This document shows, piece by piece, positions 8,849 to 18,765 of a DNA stretch of 64,000 bases (within the stretch, counting starts at the first letter, position 1; each line of letters begins with the position of its first letter). A model generated the notes under the pieces. It saw nothing but the letters and a program-made list of their open reading frames with translations, was not told the origin of the DNA and did no database searches. A program made the translations under genes and the position numbers. Location of the stretch: the NCBI GenBank assembly GCA_016432485.1, contig CP066691.1:11348-75347 (forward strand), written 5' to 3'. The stretch is from Candidatus Niyogibacteria bacterium. GTDB lineage: Bacteria > Patescibacteriota > Minisyncoccia > HO2-45-28.

Positions 8849-9835
8849 ATGTCGTTTGAATGCTTAAAAGATAAAGCTATTTTAATAACCGGAGGCACCG
8901 GTTCTTTCGGCCGGAGTTTTGTCCGTCATTTGCTGGGCTCTAAAGCAAAAAAGATTGTTGTTTTTTCAAGGGACGAGCTGAAGCAATCCGAGATGCAGAG
9001 CGAAATGAAAGACGAGCGTCTGCGGTTTTTTATAGGCGATATTCGCGATTTGTCCCGCCTTCAAAGGGCTTTTCGGGATGTTGATGTCGTGGTGCATGCC
9101 GCGGCTCTTAAACAGGTGCCGGCAATGGAATACAATCCGTTTGAGGCGGTGCAAACCAATATAATCGGAAGCCAAAATGTTATTGAAGCCGCGATTGACC
9201 AAGGTGTCCGAAAAGTTTTACTTATATCAACCGACAAAGCCGCGGAGCCGATAAATCTTTACGGCGCCACTAAGCTCTGCGCGGAAAAATTGTTTATAAG
9301 CGGAAATTCTTACGCTCCGGGGAAAACCATTCTTAGCGCGGTGAGATACGGGAATGTTATCGGCAGTCGCGGGAGCGTTATTGACGTTCTTAAAAGAAGT
9401 CGGGATGTCAAGCGCGTTTACATCACGGATCCGGCTATGACTCGTTTTTGGATTACCTTAAATCAAAGTTTTAAACTTGTGGATTTCGCGCTTGAAAATA
9501 TGACCGGAGGAGAAATTTTTATACCGAAACTTTCAAGCATGAAACTTTCGGACTTGTTTGATGTTTTGGCGCCGGGAGCCGAGCGGGAAATAATCGGTCC
9601 TCGCGCCGGAGAAAAAATTCATGAAGTACTGCTTACCAGCGAAGAGTCCTATAGGGCGTTGGAAATGGAAGATATGTATGTGGTGCTCCCTCTGTTTCCT
9701 TATGAGGCGGATATTCATTCCAAATATCATGAATCTGGACGGAAACCCGAGTCGGGATTTCGCTTCGCCAGCCACACGAATAAAAATTGGCTTACTAAAG
9801 AGGATTTTAAAAAAATACTTAACGACGAATTATGA
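8849..9835 (+). CDS. pseB: UDP-N-acetylglucosamine 4,6-dehydratase (inverting), PseB/FlaA1-like
   Basis: ILITGGTGSFGRSFV start, then IGDIRD, VVHAAALKQVP, ISTDKAAEPINLYGATK, TDPAMTRFWITL. The protein is a short (328 aa) CapD-type enzyme. Confidence 0.85.
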   Translation: MSFECLKDKAILITGGTGSFGRSFVRHLLGSKAKKIVVFSRDELKQSEMQSEMKDERLRFFIGDIRDLSRLQRAFRDVDVVVHAAALKQVPAMEYNPFEAVQTNIIGSQNVIEAAIDQGVRKVLLISTDKAAEPINLYGATKLCAEKLFISGNSYAPGKTILSAVRYGNVIGSRGSVIDVLKRSRDVKRVYITDPAMTRFWITLNQSFKLVDFALENMTGGEIFIPKLSSMKLSDLFDVLAPGAEREIIGPRAGEKIHEVLLTSEESYRALEMEDMYVVLPLFPYEADIHSKYHESGRKPESGFRFASHTNKNWLTKEDFKKILNDEL

Positions 9836-9974
9836 CCCAGTACAATTAAATCGAATGCTAAATTTAGTTTCTTGGGTGGTATAAATATGTATTATTATAA
9901 AATTATATTTAAGCAAATTAGTCGGGAGTTTGCTTGCGAATTTAGCAAGAAACTTTCGATTTAATTGTACTGGG
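9836..9974. mobile_element. MITE-like ORF-less element with 20-bp perfect terminal inverted repeats (cccagtacaattaaatcgaa ... ttcgatttaattgtactggg)
   Basis: The sequence at 9836-9855 is the exact reverse complement of 9955-9974. Its termini match those of the GIY-YIG unit at 7244-7530. It fills the entire pseB-pseC spacer, and its right end supplies GGG just before the pseC ATG. Confidence 0.6.
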
Positions 9975-11111
9975 ATGATTCCTTATAGCCGTCAGTCTGT
10001 TGACGCGAACGATATCAAAGCGGTTGTCGGGGTCTTGTCGTCTGATTTTATTACGCAAGGGCCGACGGTGTCTAAATTTGAAAAATCGCTCGCGCTTTAT
10101 TGCGGTGTTGAGTACGCAGTCGCAGTTTCAAACGGAACGGCTGCTTTGCATCTGGCGTATCTCGCCGCCGGATTAAAGAAGGGGGACGAGGCAATTACGA
10201 CCCCGAACACTTTTGCCGCGACCTCAAATATGCTTCTTGTCGTCGGCGCGAGGCCCGTTTTTGCCGATATCCGTCTTGATACGCGTAATCTTGACGAGAC
10301 AAAAATTGAAAAGCTGATTACCCCGAAAACAAAAGTGATTGTGCCCGTGCATTTCGCGGGATTGCCTTGCGATATGAAAACAATTTCATCAATCGCCAAA
10401 AAACGCCGTTTATTGGTTATTGAAGACGCTTGCCATGCTTTAGGCGCCAGGTATCGCGATTCCAAAATAGGCGATTGTAAGTACTCGGACATGGCCGTAT
10501 TCAGCTTTCATCCGGTAAAAACGATAACAACCGGCGAAGGCGGAGCGGTATTAACCAATAAAAAATCATATTACGATAAACTCTTGCGTTTGAGAAGTCA
10601 CGGCATTCACAAAGACAAAATCGGAAAAAATGTCATGACGGCTCTCGGATACAACTACAGGATGACCGATATTCAGGCCGCTTTGGGCTTGTCCCAACTT
10701 TCTAAAGTTGATTCTTTTGTCAGGCGGCGCAATCAAGTCGCGAGATATTATGAGGAGGAATTAAAAAATTCCAAAGATGTTTTGTTGCCCGTAAGCTTTC
10801 CCGGATATTATTCAGCGGGGCATATTTATGTAATAAGGGTTTCCAACCGGAAGAATCGCGATGAGCTCGCGTCTTTTTTAAAAAAGAACGGCATCGGCGC
10901 GAACTTCCATTATCCGGCCGTTTATTCCCACCCGTATTACAGGCGCAACGGTTATAAAAATATCCGCCTTGCTCAAACGGAAAAATACCATAATTCTTGC
11001 ATCACTCTTCCGTGTTACCCCGGTCTTTCCAAATCAATTGTTCGTGAAATCGCGGGGCTTATTAATAAATTTTTCATAAAAAATGAAAATACACGCGTTG
11101 ACTCCGTCTGA
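9975..11111 (+). CDS. pseC: DegT/DnrJ/EryC1/StrS-family PLP aminotransferase, PseC-like (UDP-4-amino-4,6-dideoxy-N-acetyl-beta-L-altrosamine transaminase)
   Basis: MIPYSRQSVD...DFITQGP start; SNGTAALHLA; PLP-lysine region SFHPVKTITTGEGG; C-terminal YPGL. The ATG at 9975 is preferred over the upstream TTG. Confidence 0.85.
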   Translation: MIPYSRQSVDANDIKAVVGVLSSDFITQGPTVSKFEKSLALYCGVEYAVAVSNGTAALHLAYLAAGLKKGDEAITTPNTFAATSNMLLVVGARPVFADIRLDTRNLDETKIEKLITPKTKVIVPVHFAGLPCDMKTISSIAKKRRLLVIEDACHALGARYRDSKIGDCKYSDMAVFSFHPVKTITTGEGGAVLTNKKSYYDKLLRLRSHGIHKDKIGKNVMTALGYNYRMTDIQAALGLSQLSKVDSFVRRRNQVARYYEEELKNSKDVLLPVSFPGYYSAGHIYVIRVSNRKNRDELASFLKKNGIGANFHYPAVYSHPYYRRNGYKNIRLAQTEKYHNSCITLPCYPGLSKSIVREIAGLINKFFIKNENTRVDSV

Positions 11112-12183
11112 TTGCGGCCGGTGGGATGATTTTTGTCTGGAGTCAGACGATGCGTGGTTTTGGCACACTTTCGGATGGCTCAAATACACTCTTGATTATA
11201 AACCGGAATATAAACCGCGTTCGCTTTCTTTTTTTATGGAAGAGGGAGGTCGGATTATTGCGATCTCGCCTTTGATTCTCGAAGAACGCGGGAGCGTAAA
11301 AGAATTTTCTTACGGCGGAGGCTGGGGTCCAATACCGGCGTTAGCCAATGATTTAACCAAAAACGAACGGGAAAAAATTACCAAAGCTGTTTTTGAAGAA
11401 ATCGACAGGAAAGCTAAAGAAGAAGGGGTCAAATTGGCAAAATTTCGTTTCTCAACGCTTAATAAATCATTTATTGAAACGGGGGAGCAGAAATTCAATC
11501 ACTTAATGAAGTTCGGATATTTCGGCGAAATGCTCAACACCCAAGTTATTGATCTCTCGCGCTCTTTGGATGTTCTGCGCGGCGCTTTGCGTCACGGCCA
11601 TGATTCCGATATTTCCCGCGCCGAAAAATCACTAAAGGCCGAAGTGTATGATTCCGAAACCATAACGGGGCCGGTATTTGAAGAATATGTAAAATTGCAT
11701 CACAAGGCCTCGGGGCGTTCTACTCGTCCGCGTTCAACTTTTGATATGATGCATAAATGGATCGAGAACAAAAACGCATTTCTGGTCGGGGTAAAAAAAG
11801 ACGGCAAATTCGCCGGTTTCTCTTATTTTTTCAGTTTTAAAAACAATGTTTATTACGGTTCGTCCTGCAATGACCCGGATGTCGAAAAAATGCCCATAGG
11901 GCATCTAATTCAGTGGACGGCTATTCGCTGGATGCGCGAAAAAAATTTTGGATTTTACGAAATAGGCTGGCAGCAGTACGGAAACACTCTTTTTGATTTT
12001 CCTTCCGAAAAAGAAATAGATATCGCGCGGTTCAAGCGCGGTTTTGGCGGAGAAACTTACCCGCTTTTTATAGGCGAAAAGTATTATGATAAGGATTATT
12101 TCCTGACGATTTATAAGCAAAGGATTGGCGATTACTCCGGATTTTTAGCGAAAACACACCATGAAGAACAACCGATTCAATGA
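11083..12183 (+). CDS. FemAB/Acetyltransf_6 (GNAT-fold) family protein; candidate aminoacyl/acyl transferase acting on an amino sugar
   Basis: About 360 aa with FemAB-like architecture and a C-terminal GNAT-like region (FLVGVKKDGKFAGFSYFF...YYGSS). It lies inside the pse cluster. Confidence 0.5.
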   Translation: MKIHALTPSDCGRWDDFCLESDDAWFWHTFGWLKYTLDYKPEYKPRSLSFFMEEGGRIIAISPLILEERGSVKEFSYGGGWGPIPALANDLTKNEREKITKAVFEEIDRKAKEEGVKLAKFRFSTLNKSFIETGEQKFNHLMKFGYFGEMLNTQVIDLSRSLDVLRGALRHGHDSDISRAEKSLKAEVYDSETITGPVFEEYVKLHHKASGRSTRPRSTFDMMHKWIENKNAFLVGVKKDGKFAGFSYFFSFKNNVYYGSSCNDPDVEKMPIGHLIQWTAIRWMREKNFGFYEIGWQQYGNTLFDFPSEKEIDIARFKRGFGGETYPLFIGEKYYDKDYFLTIYKQRIGDYSGFLAKTHHEEQPIQ

Positions 12184-13174
12184 ACAAAATATAAAACCGG
12201 AAAGCAAAGATTTTCAGGAAGCCCTCGCGTCTGATATCGCGGTTTTGGCCGCCTCCAAAAGTAAATTTATAAAAGTATCGTGTCCCGCTTGCGGAAAAGA
12301 CGATGCCGGATCCGCCTTTGAAAAATACGGTTTCAATTTTGATGTTTGTCGTAAATGCGGCACGGCATATATGAATCCCAGGGCTACGCCCAAAATTTTG
12401 CGGGATTTTTATGAACACTCGCTGGTTTATGAGTGTTGGAATAAATTTATTTTTCCCGCGTCCGAAAAAATGCGCAGAGAAAACATTGTTAAACCGCGGG
12501 TGCGGCGAATTTTGGAAATATGCGACAAATTTGACGTTCCGACTGATTGTTTGGTTGAAGTTGGGGCTGGTTTCGGCACGTTTTGTAAAGAAGCAAAAGC
12601 CACAGGCAGATTTTCTAAAATTATCGCGATTGAGCCAATGCCTGCGCTTGCGCAATCATGCCGCAAGCGGGGCATAGAGACCATCAACGATTTTATTGAA
12701 AACATTAAGTTTCTCAATACGCCTCCGGACATAATCGTTTCTTTTGAGGTGATTGAGCATCTTTTTTCGGCCGAGGAATTTTTAAAAACTTGCAGAGGCC
12801 TTATGAATCCGGGGTCTATTATTGCGGTAACCTGCCCTAATTTTAAGGGGTTTGACATTTCTACGCTCGGGATTATGTCGGAAAGCATTGACCATGAGCA
12901 TATCAATCTTTTTAACCCGGATTCGCTTAAAATTCTTTTTAAGCGCGCCGGTTTTGAGGCGCTGGAATGCTTCACGCCTGGAGAATTGGATGCCGAAATT
13001 GTCAGAAATAAGGTTCTTGCCGGAAAGTTCAGTGTGTCTGACCGACTTTTTTTGAAGACGATACTGATTGATAGATGGAATGAATTGGGCGCCGGATTCC
13101 AGAAATTTCTGAAAGAGAATAACCTCTCGTCCCATACATGGTTCGTAGCGAGAAAGCCTTATGATCGGAAATAA
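12161..13174 (+). CDS. Class I SAM-dependent methyltransferase with N-terminal Cys4 zinc ribbon
   Basis: CPACG...CRKCG ribbon; SAM motif I LVEVGAGFGTF; motif post-I IIAIEP; IIVSFEVIEHL. Confidence 0.75.
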   Translation: MKNNRFNEQNIKPESKDFQEALASDIAVLAASKSKFIKVSCPACGKDDAGSAFEKYGFNFDVCRKCGTAYMNPRATPKILRDFYEHSLVYECWNKFIFPASEKMRRENIVKPRVRRILEICDKFDVPTDCLVEVGAGFGTFCKEAKATGRFSKIIAIEPMPALAQSCRKRGIETINDFIENIKFLNTPPDIIVSFEVIEHLFSAEEFLKTCRGLMNPGSIIAVTCPNFKGFDISTLGIMSESIDHEHINLFNPDSLKILFKRAGFEALECFTPGELDAEIVRNKVLAGKFSVSDRLFLKTILIDRWNELGAGFQKFLKENNLSSHTWFVARKPYDRK

Positions 13175-13787
13175 AAAAGTCTGCATACTTGACTACGGTT
13201 CCGGAAATGTCGGCTCTGTCTTTAATATGTTTCAGACCTTGATTGACACGGCTGTTATCTCAAATAAATCGGAGGATATTGTCGGCGCCACTCATATCGT
13301 GCTTCCGGGAGTTGGCGCGTTCGGCGCTTCAATGGACAAAATTAAAAAAACAATTACGCTGGATGTCTTGAAGCGCGAGATTTTTGAAAACAAAAAACCA
13401 TTTTTAGGCATTTGTGTGGGCATGCAAGTTTTGGCCGATAAGGGTTTTGAATTCGGAGAATATGACGGTCTCGGTTGGATTCCGGGGGAGGTGAGAAAAA
13501 TAAATTCGGGCAAACTCCCTCTGCCGCATATCGGCTGGAACAGCGTTGTTGCGCTGAAAAAAAATCCGCTTTTGGACGGGTTAAGTGAAAGTCAAGATTT
13601 TTATTTTGTTCACAGCTTCGTTTTTGATGAAAAAGACGCGGAAAGTGTTGCCGCTAAAACAGAATACGGAGAGAAGTTTAATTCCATAATAGCCAAAGGC
13701 AATATTTTTGGAGTCCAATTTCATCCTGAAAAGAGCCAGAAAGCCGGCTCAATTTTATTAAAAAATTTTCTCTCTATAACACAATGA
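13161..13787 (+). CDS. hisH: Imidazole glycerol phosphate synthase HisH-like glutamine amidotransferase (WbuY-type, LPS/glycan-associated)
   Basis: Class-I GATase: ILDYGSGNVGSV; catalytic Cys in GICVGMQVL; GVQFHPEKS. It is paired with a HisF homolog and a PP-loop amidotransferase. Confidence 0.8.
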   Translation: MIGNKKVCILDYGSGNVGSVFNMFQTLIDTAVISNKSEDIVGATHIVLPGVGAFGASMDKIKKTITLDVLKREIFENKKPFLGICVGMQVLADKGFEFGEYDGLGWIPGEVRKINSGKLPLPHIGWNSVVALKKNPLLDGLSESQDFYFVHSFVFDEKDAESVAAKTEYGEKFNSIIAKGNIFGVQFHPEKSQKAGSILLKNFLSITQ

Positions 13788-14590
13788 AGAAGCGGCGTCT
13801 GATTCCGGTTTTACTCCTTAAAAACGGATGGCTTGTTCAGAGCAAGGGCTTCCAATTTTATCAAAATCTCGGAAATCCCGTAACTTCCGCAAAGCGTCTT
13901 TCGGAATGGGCGTCCGATGAGCTTATTTATCTTGATATTTCGCGTGATGAAGTGTATGATTTAAGGCGGGACGATTTGGGGCATGAAAACCGCCGCTCTT
14001 TTCTGGAAATAATTCAGGATGTTTCAAAGGTGACCTTTATGCCAATGACCGTGGGGGGGCGGATAAGGACGCTTGCCGACATTGAGCGCCGCCTTTCTTT
14101 GGGGGCTGATAAGATATCCATAAATACGGCCGCACTTCTGAATCAAAATTTTATAACCGAGGCGGCGCGTGAATTTGGCTCTCAATCTGTGGTTGTGTCG
14201 GTTGACTTTAAAAAAATAGGCGATAAGTTTGTTGTTATGTCCGAAGGAGGAACAAAGGAAACGGATTATTCTCCGCTAGAGTGGGCGAAGATCGCACAAA
14301 GCGCGGGCGCGGGGGAAATACTTTTAAATTCAATTGACCGAGACGGCGCGCGCACGGGATATGAAATTGATGTCATCGCCGAAGTTTCAGAAAATGTGAA
14401 AATACCCGTTATTGCCTGCGGCGGCGCGGGCGAATGGGCGCATTTTGCCGAAATTCTTGAAAAAACCAAGGCAGACGCGGTGGCAGCCGCAAATATTTTC
14501 CAATATACCGACCAGAGCGTTTATCAAGCGAAAAAATATCTATATGAACGCGGTTATAATGTCAGACCCCCTGATTTATTAACCGTATAA
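13784..14590 (+). CDS. hisF: HisF-like cyclase subunit homolog (WbuZ-type)
   Basis: (beta/alpha)8 HisF signatures: LIPVLLLKNG, DELIYLDIS, TVGGGIRT, SVDFKK, IPVIACGGAG. Confidence 0.8.
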   Translation: MKKRRLIPVLLLKNGWLVQSKGFQFYQNLGNPVTSAKRLSEWASDELIYLDISRDEVYDLRRDDLGHENRRSFLEIIQDVSKVTFMPMTVGGRIRTLADIERRLSLGADKISINTAALLNQNFITEAAREFGSQSVVVSVDFKKIGDKFVVMSEGGTKETDYSPLEWAKIAQSAGAGEILLNSIDRDGARTGYEIDVIAEVSENVKIPVIACGGAGEWAHFAEILEKTKADAVAAANIFQYTDQSVYQAKKYLYERGYNVRPPDLLTV

Positions 14591-14602
14591 ATTTTAATCA
14601 AG

Positions 14603-15823
14603 ATGAATTATTGTAAACGTTGCGTATATCCGCAAATTGCGGTCAATTTGGAAATAAATAACGACGGCATCTGTTCAAGCTGCGGAGTTTTTGAAAAATT
14701 CAAAAAATTAACGCCGGAGTTTTGGGCGCAAAGAAAAAAGAAATTTGAGGAGTTAATCAAAGAAATTTCAAAAAACAATACGTCCGATTACGACTGTGTT
14801 ATTCCGGTCTCCGGCGGCAAGGACAGTTATTATCAGACGCATATGATGGTTTCCGTTTACGGCTTAAAACCGCTTTTAGTGACATATCACGGCAATAACT
14901 ATTTGCCGGAAGGCGATTATAACCGCGATAGAATGCGCCATGTCTTTAATGCCGACCATCTTGTTTTCGGGCCGTCAGTCGAGGTTTTAAAAAAGCTGAA
15001 TCGTCTTTGTTTTCGTAAAATGGGCGATATGAATTGGCACGCGCACTGCGGCATAATGACTTATCCGATTCAGGTAGCGGTGAAATTTAACATTCCTTTA
15101 GTCATCTGGGGGGAAACGAGCTGGGACATATCGGGGATGTATGAGCCGGAGGATTTTGTGGAATTCAGCGCGCGCGCGAGACACGAACATAGTTTGCGCG
15201 GTTTTGAGTGGCACGATATGCTTAACGACGAAAAGGAGAAATTAAGCGAAAAGGATTTGCTCTGGACGAAATATCCTACGGACGACGAGATTTTAAAAGT
15301 CGGCGTCAGGGGTTTGTACATCGGTAATTTTTTTAGATGGGACCCGAATAAGCATTCTAAAATGGTGCAGGAAAAATATGGTTGGAAGCCGAGAGAAGTT
15401 CCGTTTGAAAGGACTTATCGCAAGTTTTCAAATTTGGATGACAGGTATGAAAATGGAGCGCATGATTTGTTAAAGTTCATAAAGTTCGGCTACGGCCGGG
15501 CTTCGGACCACGCGTCCAAAGACATACGCGACGGCTATATGACGCGCGAAGAAGGGATTGAAAAAGTAAGAAAGCATGACCATGTTGTTTCAAGCGATTT
15601 GAACTACTGGCTTGATTATGTCGGGATGTCCGAGGAAGAATTTTGGCGAGTAGCGGACACCTTTCGCGACCCGCGTGTCTGGAGAATTGAAAATGGAGCA
15701 TGGGTTAAGGATAATGTTTGGGGAACTTCCTCTGCTTACGGCCCCGTTTATCTTTCCGAGGAACAAAGCAAGGAATTTAATAAAAGGCAGAAAAATTTGG
15801 GCCTAAAAAATAATGGCAAATAA
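14603..15823 (+). CDS. N-acetyl sugar amidotransferase (PP-loop ATP pyrophosphatase, WbuX/TIGR03573-like)
   Basis: N-terminal CxxC...CxxC, PP-loop SGGKDS, and co-occurrence with HisH/HisF homologs. This is the characteristic trio for N-acetimidoyl (acetamidino) sugar formation. Confidence 0.7.
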   Translation: MNYCKRCVYPQIAVNLEINNDGICSSCGVFEKFKKLTPEFWAQRKKKFEELIKEISKNNTSDYDCVIPVSGGKDSYYQTHMMVSVYGLKPLLVTYHGNNYLPEGDYNRDRMRHVFNADHLVFGPSVEVLKKLNRLCFRKMGDMNWHAHCGIMTYPIQVAVKFNIPLVIWGETSWDISGMYEPEDFVEFSARARHEHSLRGFEWHDMLNDEKEKLSEKDLLWTKYPTDDEILKVGVRGLYIGNFFRWDPNKHSKMVQEKYGWKPREVPFERTYRKFSNLDDRYENGAHDLLKFIKFGYGRASDHASKDIRDGYMTREEGIEKVRKHDHVVSSDLNYWLDYVGMSEEEFWRVADTFRDPRVWRIENGAWVKDNVWGTSSAYGPVYLSEEQSKEFNKRQKNLGLKNNGK

Positions 15824-16697
15824 ACTTTGTTTGGGAACTGTTCAACTGGGGCTGGATTACGGCATGAATAACAAGCGAGGGAAGCCTTCGCGCGAGGAGT
15901 CCTTGGCGATTTTGGACCGCGCATATGAGGGCGGCATAGAGGTGTTTGACACGGCTTACGCTTACGGCGACGCCGAAGATATTTTGGGCGAGTGGTTGGA
16001 AGGCCGCGGATTGAACAACAAAATTTCTGTAATTTCAAAATTAAAACCGCATACAACGGAAGTTGAAGAAGAAGTTAAAAAATCGCTTGCGCGTTTGAAG
16101 CGCGATTATTTGGACGGTTATTTACTGCATACGCCCGAATATATTTATAACGACGCCGTTTGGTCAGCCCTTAAATCCGTAAAGAAGAAAGGATTGGTAA
16201 AAAATATCGGCGTCTCAATTTACGAGGAAAAAGACGCGATGTACGCTGTCCAAGAACGTAAGGTTGATTATGTCCAGATTCCATACAGCGTTTTTGACCA
16301 GCGTTTGCATAAAACAGATTTTTTTGAAACCGCGCGAAAAAACGGCGTAAAAGTTTTTGCCCGCAGCGCATTTTTGCAAGGTCTTGTTTTTATGGATGAA
16401 GGGGCAATACCGGATTATTTATCTGACGCAAAAGAATATCTGCGCGAATTTAATAACATTATAAAGAAACATGGTTTTACGCGGGCCGAAGCGGCGCTTT
16501 TATTTTCACATAAAAATCCAGCTATTGACTATGTTGTTTTTGGAGTGGATAATATAGAGCAACTGGAAGAAAATTTGCGCATTATCCGGGACTCAAAAAA
16601 TTTTGACGCTTGCGCGAAAGAACTGCGCGATAAATTTACCGATATTAAAAAAAGCATTATTTTCCCAAGCTTATGGAAAAGTCGTCAAAAAAAATAA
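15813..16697 (+). CDS. Aldo/keto reductase family oxidoreductase
   Basis: LGTVQLGLDYG, FDTAYAYGDAE, LHTPE and other AKR blocks. Confidence 0.8.
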   Translation: MANKLCLGTVQLGLDYGMNNKRGKPSREESLAILDRAYEGGIEVFDTAYAYGDAEDILGEWLEGRGLNNKISVISKLKPHTTEVEEEVKKSLARLKRDYLDGYLLHTPEYIYNDAVWSALKSVKKKGLVKNIGVSIYEEKDAMYAVQERKVDYVQIPYSVFDQRLHKTDFFETARKNGVKVFARSAFLQGLVFMDEGAIPDYLSDAKEYLREFNNIIKKHGFTRAEAALLFSHKNPAIDYVVFGVDNIEQLEENLRIIRDSKNFDACAKELRDKFTDIKKSIIFPSLWKSRQKK

Positions 16698-18010
16698 TCC
16701 CTAAAGGGGTAAGATTATGGAACCGTGCGAAAAATCTGATTCCCGGAGGAACCCAGCTTTTGTCCAAGAGAGCGGAGATGTTTCTGCCCGATGGTTGGCC
16801 GTCTTATTACAAAAAAGCCAAGGGGGTTGAGGTCTGGGATTTAAGCGGCAGAAAATTTATAGATATGTCTTATATGTCTTTGGGCGCGGCTACGCTTGGT
16901 TATTCCGATCCTGACGTAAATAAAGCCGTAAGCAAGGTGTTAAATAACGGCGTGGTCTCCACTTTAAATACTCCTTTTGACGTGGAATTGGCGGAGCTTT
17001 TGTGTAAACTGCATCCGTGGGCCGGACAAGTGAAATTCGCAAGGACGGGCGGCGAGGCAATGACAGTTGCCGTCAGGATTGCAAGAGCATATACCGACCG
17101 CGACAAAATAGTTTTTTGCGGATACCATGGTTGGCATGATTGGTATTTGGCCGCCAACCTGGCTCATAAAAAAAATCTTGACGGGCATCTTCTCCCCGGA
17201 CTTTTTCCGAGAGGCGTTCCCCGCGCGTTAAAGGGCACCGCTTTCACTTTTCATTATAATAAGTTTTCGGAGCTTGAAAGAATTGCCGCAAGACATAAAA
17301 AAACCATTGCGGCCGTTGTCATTGAACCGATGCGTCACCACGAACCCGAAGACGATTTCTTAAAAAAAGTTCGGAATCTTGTTTCAAAAATCGGCGCCGT
17401 TTTAATTTTTGACGAAATCACCATAGGTTTCCGAAAAAATATAGGCGGAGTCCATCTTTTATATAAAGTAAATCCCGACATAGCCGTTTTTGCCAAAGGA
17501 ATTTCAAACGGACATCCTATGGCGGCGATTATCGGCAAAAAACGCGTTATGGACGCGGCAGAAACATCGTTTATATCCTCAACTTATTGGACTGAAGCGG
17601 TGGGTCCCGCCGCGGTAATCGCGACCATAAAAAAGATGCAGCGGCTTAATGTTCCCGCCCATCTTAAAAAAATAGGTGAAAAAATAAGCGAGGGGTGGAA
17701 AATCCGCGCCGCGAATTACGGCTTGAAAATAAACATTTTAGGTCCCGAGCCGTTAATCACTTTTTCTTTTGATTACGGTTCAAAAAATCAGATTCTCAAG
17801 ACCATCTTTACGCAGGAAATGCTTAAACGCGGATTTTTAGCGGGGCCCAGTGTTTATGTTTCCTACGCGCATAAAGATTCGCATGTGAAAAAATATCTTA
17901 AAGCGATTGATGAAGTGTTTGCTATTGTAAAAAAATCCGTTGACAGCAAAAACCCTAAAAAATTTCTTAAGGGTCCCGTGGCGCGTTCAGGATTCAAACG
18001 CTTAACATGA
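16673..18010 (+). CDS. Class-III PLP aminotransferase, glutamate-1-semialdehyde 2,1-aminomutase-like (HemL-like) of glycan clusters
   Basis: LIPGGTQ, DLSGRKFIDMS, FARTGGEAMTVAVRIARAYT, FDEITIGFR, AKGISNGHPMAAI (PLP lysine). Confidence 0.75.
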   Translation: MEKSSKKIIPKGVRLWNRAKNLIPGGTQLLSKRAEMFLPDGWPSYYKKAKGVEVWDLSGRKFIDMSYMSLGAATLGYSDPDVNKAVSKVLNNGVVSTLNTPFDVELAELLCKLHPWAGQVKFARTGGEAMTVAVRIARAYTDRDKIVFCGYHGWHDWYLAANLAHKKNLDGHLLPGLFPRGVPRALKGTAFTFHYNKFSELERIAARHKKTIAAVVIEPMRHHEPEDDFLKKVRNLVSKIGAVLIFDEITIGFRKNIGGVHLLYKVNPDIAVFAKGISNGHPMAAIIGKKRVMDAAETSFISSTYWTEAVGPAAVIATIKKMQRLNVPAHLKKIGEKISEGWKIRAANYGLKINILGPEPLITFSFDYGSKNQILKTIFTQEMLKRGFLAGPSVYVSYAHKDSHVKKYLKAIDEVFAIVKKSVDSKNPKKFLKGPVARSGFKRLT

Positions 18011-18765
18011 TTGCGGCGATTATACAGGCGCGTTTGGGTTCAAGCCGCCTTCCGGGCAAGGTGTTAAAAAACATTTGCGGCAAGCCGATGCTCGAGCATT
18101 TGCTGGAGAGAGTTAAACGCGCGAAAAGTTTGGATAAAATCATTGTTGCCACAACTGAAAAACCGGAAGATGGGGCAGTAGCCGAGCTTGCCAAAAATTA
18201 CGGAGTAGAATTTTTTCGCGGTTCCGAGAAAGATGTTTTAGACCGATATTATCAAACCGCCAAAAAATTTTCAGTAACTCATATTGTTCGTTTGACGGGC
18301 GACTGTCCTTTGATGGATCCGGAAATCATTAATGAAGTCGTTAATTTTTATGTTCAGAATTTGGATAAATATGATTACGTTTCTAATGTCCATCCGCCGA
18401 CATATCCTGACGGAATGGATGTCGAAGCATTTTCAATTGACGTTTTGGAAAAATCTCGGCAAGAAGCCGAATTGCCGTCCGAGCGCGAGCACGTGACGGC
18501 CTATATCGGAAATCATCCGGAGATTTTTCGCGCCTGCAATGTCAAATATAAAACTGATGTCTCCGGCATTCGTTTGACCGTTGACAATCGGGAGGATTTC
18601 GCCGTTATGAGTTCCGTTTTCCGCGAGCTTTACGCGAAAAACGAAAATTTTAATTTAGACGATATTTTAAATCTTTATAAAGAAAATCCGGAAATATTTT
18701 CAGCAAACAGCCGTATTAAAAGAAACGAAGGGTATGCCAAGTCCGTTAGAGAAGATGAGTTTTAA
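18007..18765 (+). CDS. pseF: CMP-nonulosonate (pseudaminic/N-acylneuraminate) cytidylyltransferase, PseF/SpsF-like
   Basis: MIAAIIQARLGSSRLPGKVL, RLTGDCPL. CTP-transferase fold adjacent to the pse genes. Confidence 0.7.
   Translation: MIAAIIQARLGSSRLPGKVLKNICGKPMLEHLLERVKRAKSLDKIIVATTEKPEDGAVAELAKNYGVEFFRGSEKDVLDRYYQTAKKFSVTHIVRLTGDCPLMDPEIINEVVNFYVQNLDKYDYVSNVHPPTYPDGMDVEAFSIDVLEKSRQEAELPSEREHVTAYIGNHPEIFRACNVKYKTDVSGIRLTVDNREDFAVMSSVFRELYAKNENFNLDDILNLYKENPEIFSANSRIKRNEGYAKSVREDEF

Noticed and set aside
12068-12975. Two long antisense ORFs (12068..12655 and 12427..12975, minus strand) overlapping the methyltransferase gene
   Set aside because: They overlap well-supported plus-strand genes with clear family signatures. 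Their translations are low-complexity and Arg/Phe/Lys-rich with no recognisable motifs. They are typical shadow ORFs.
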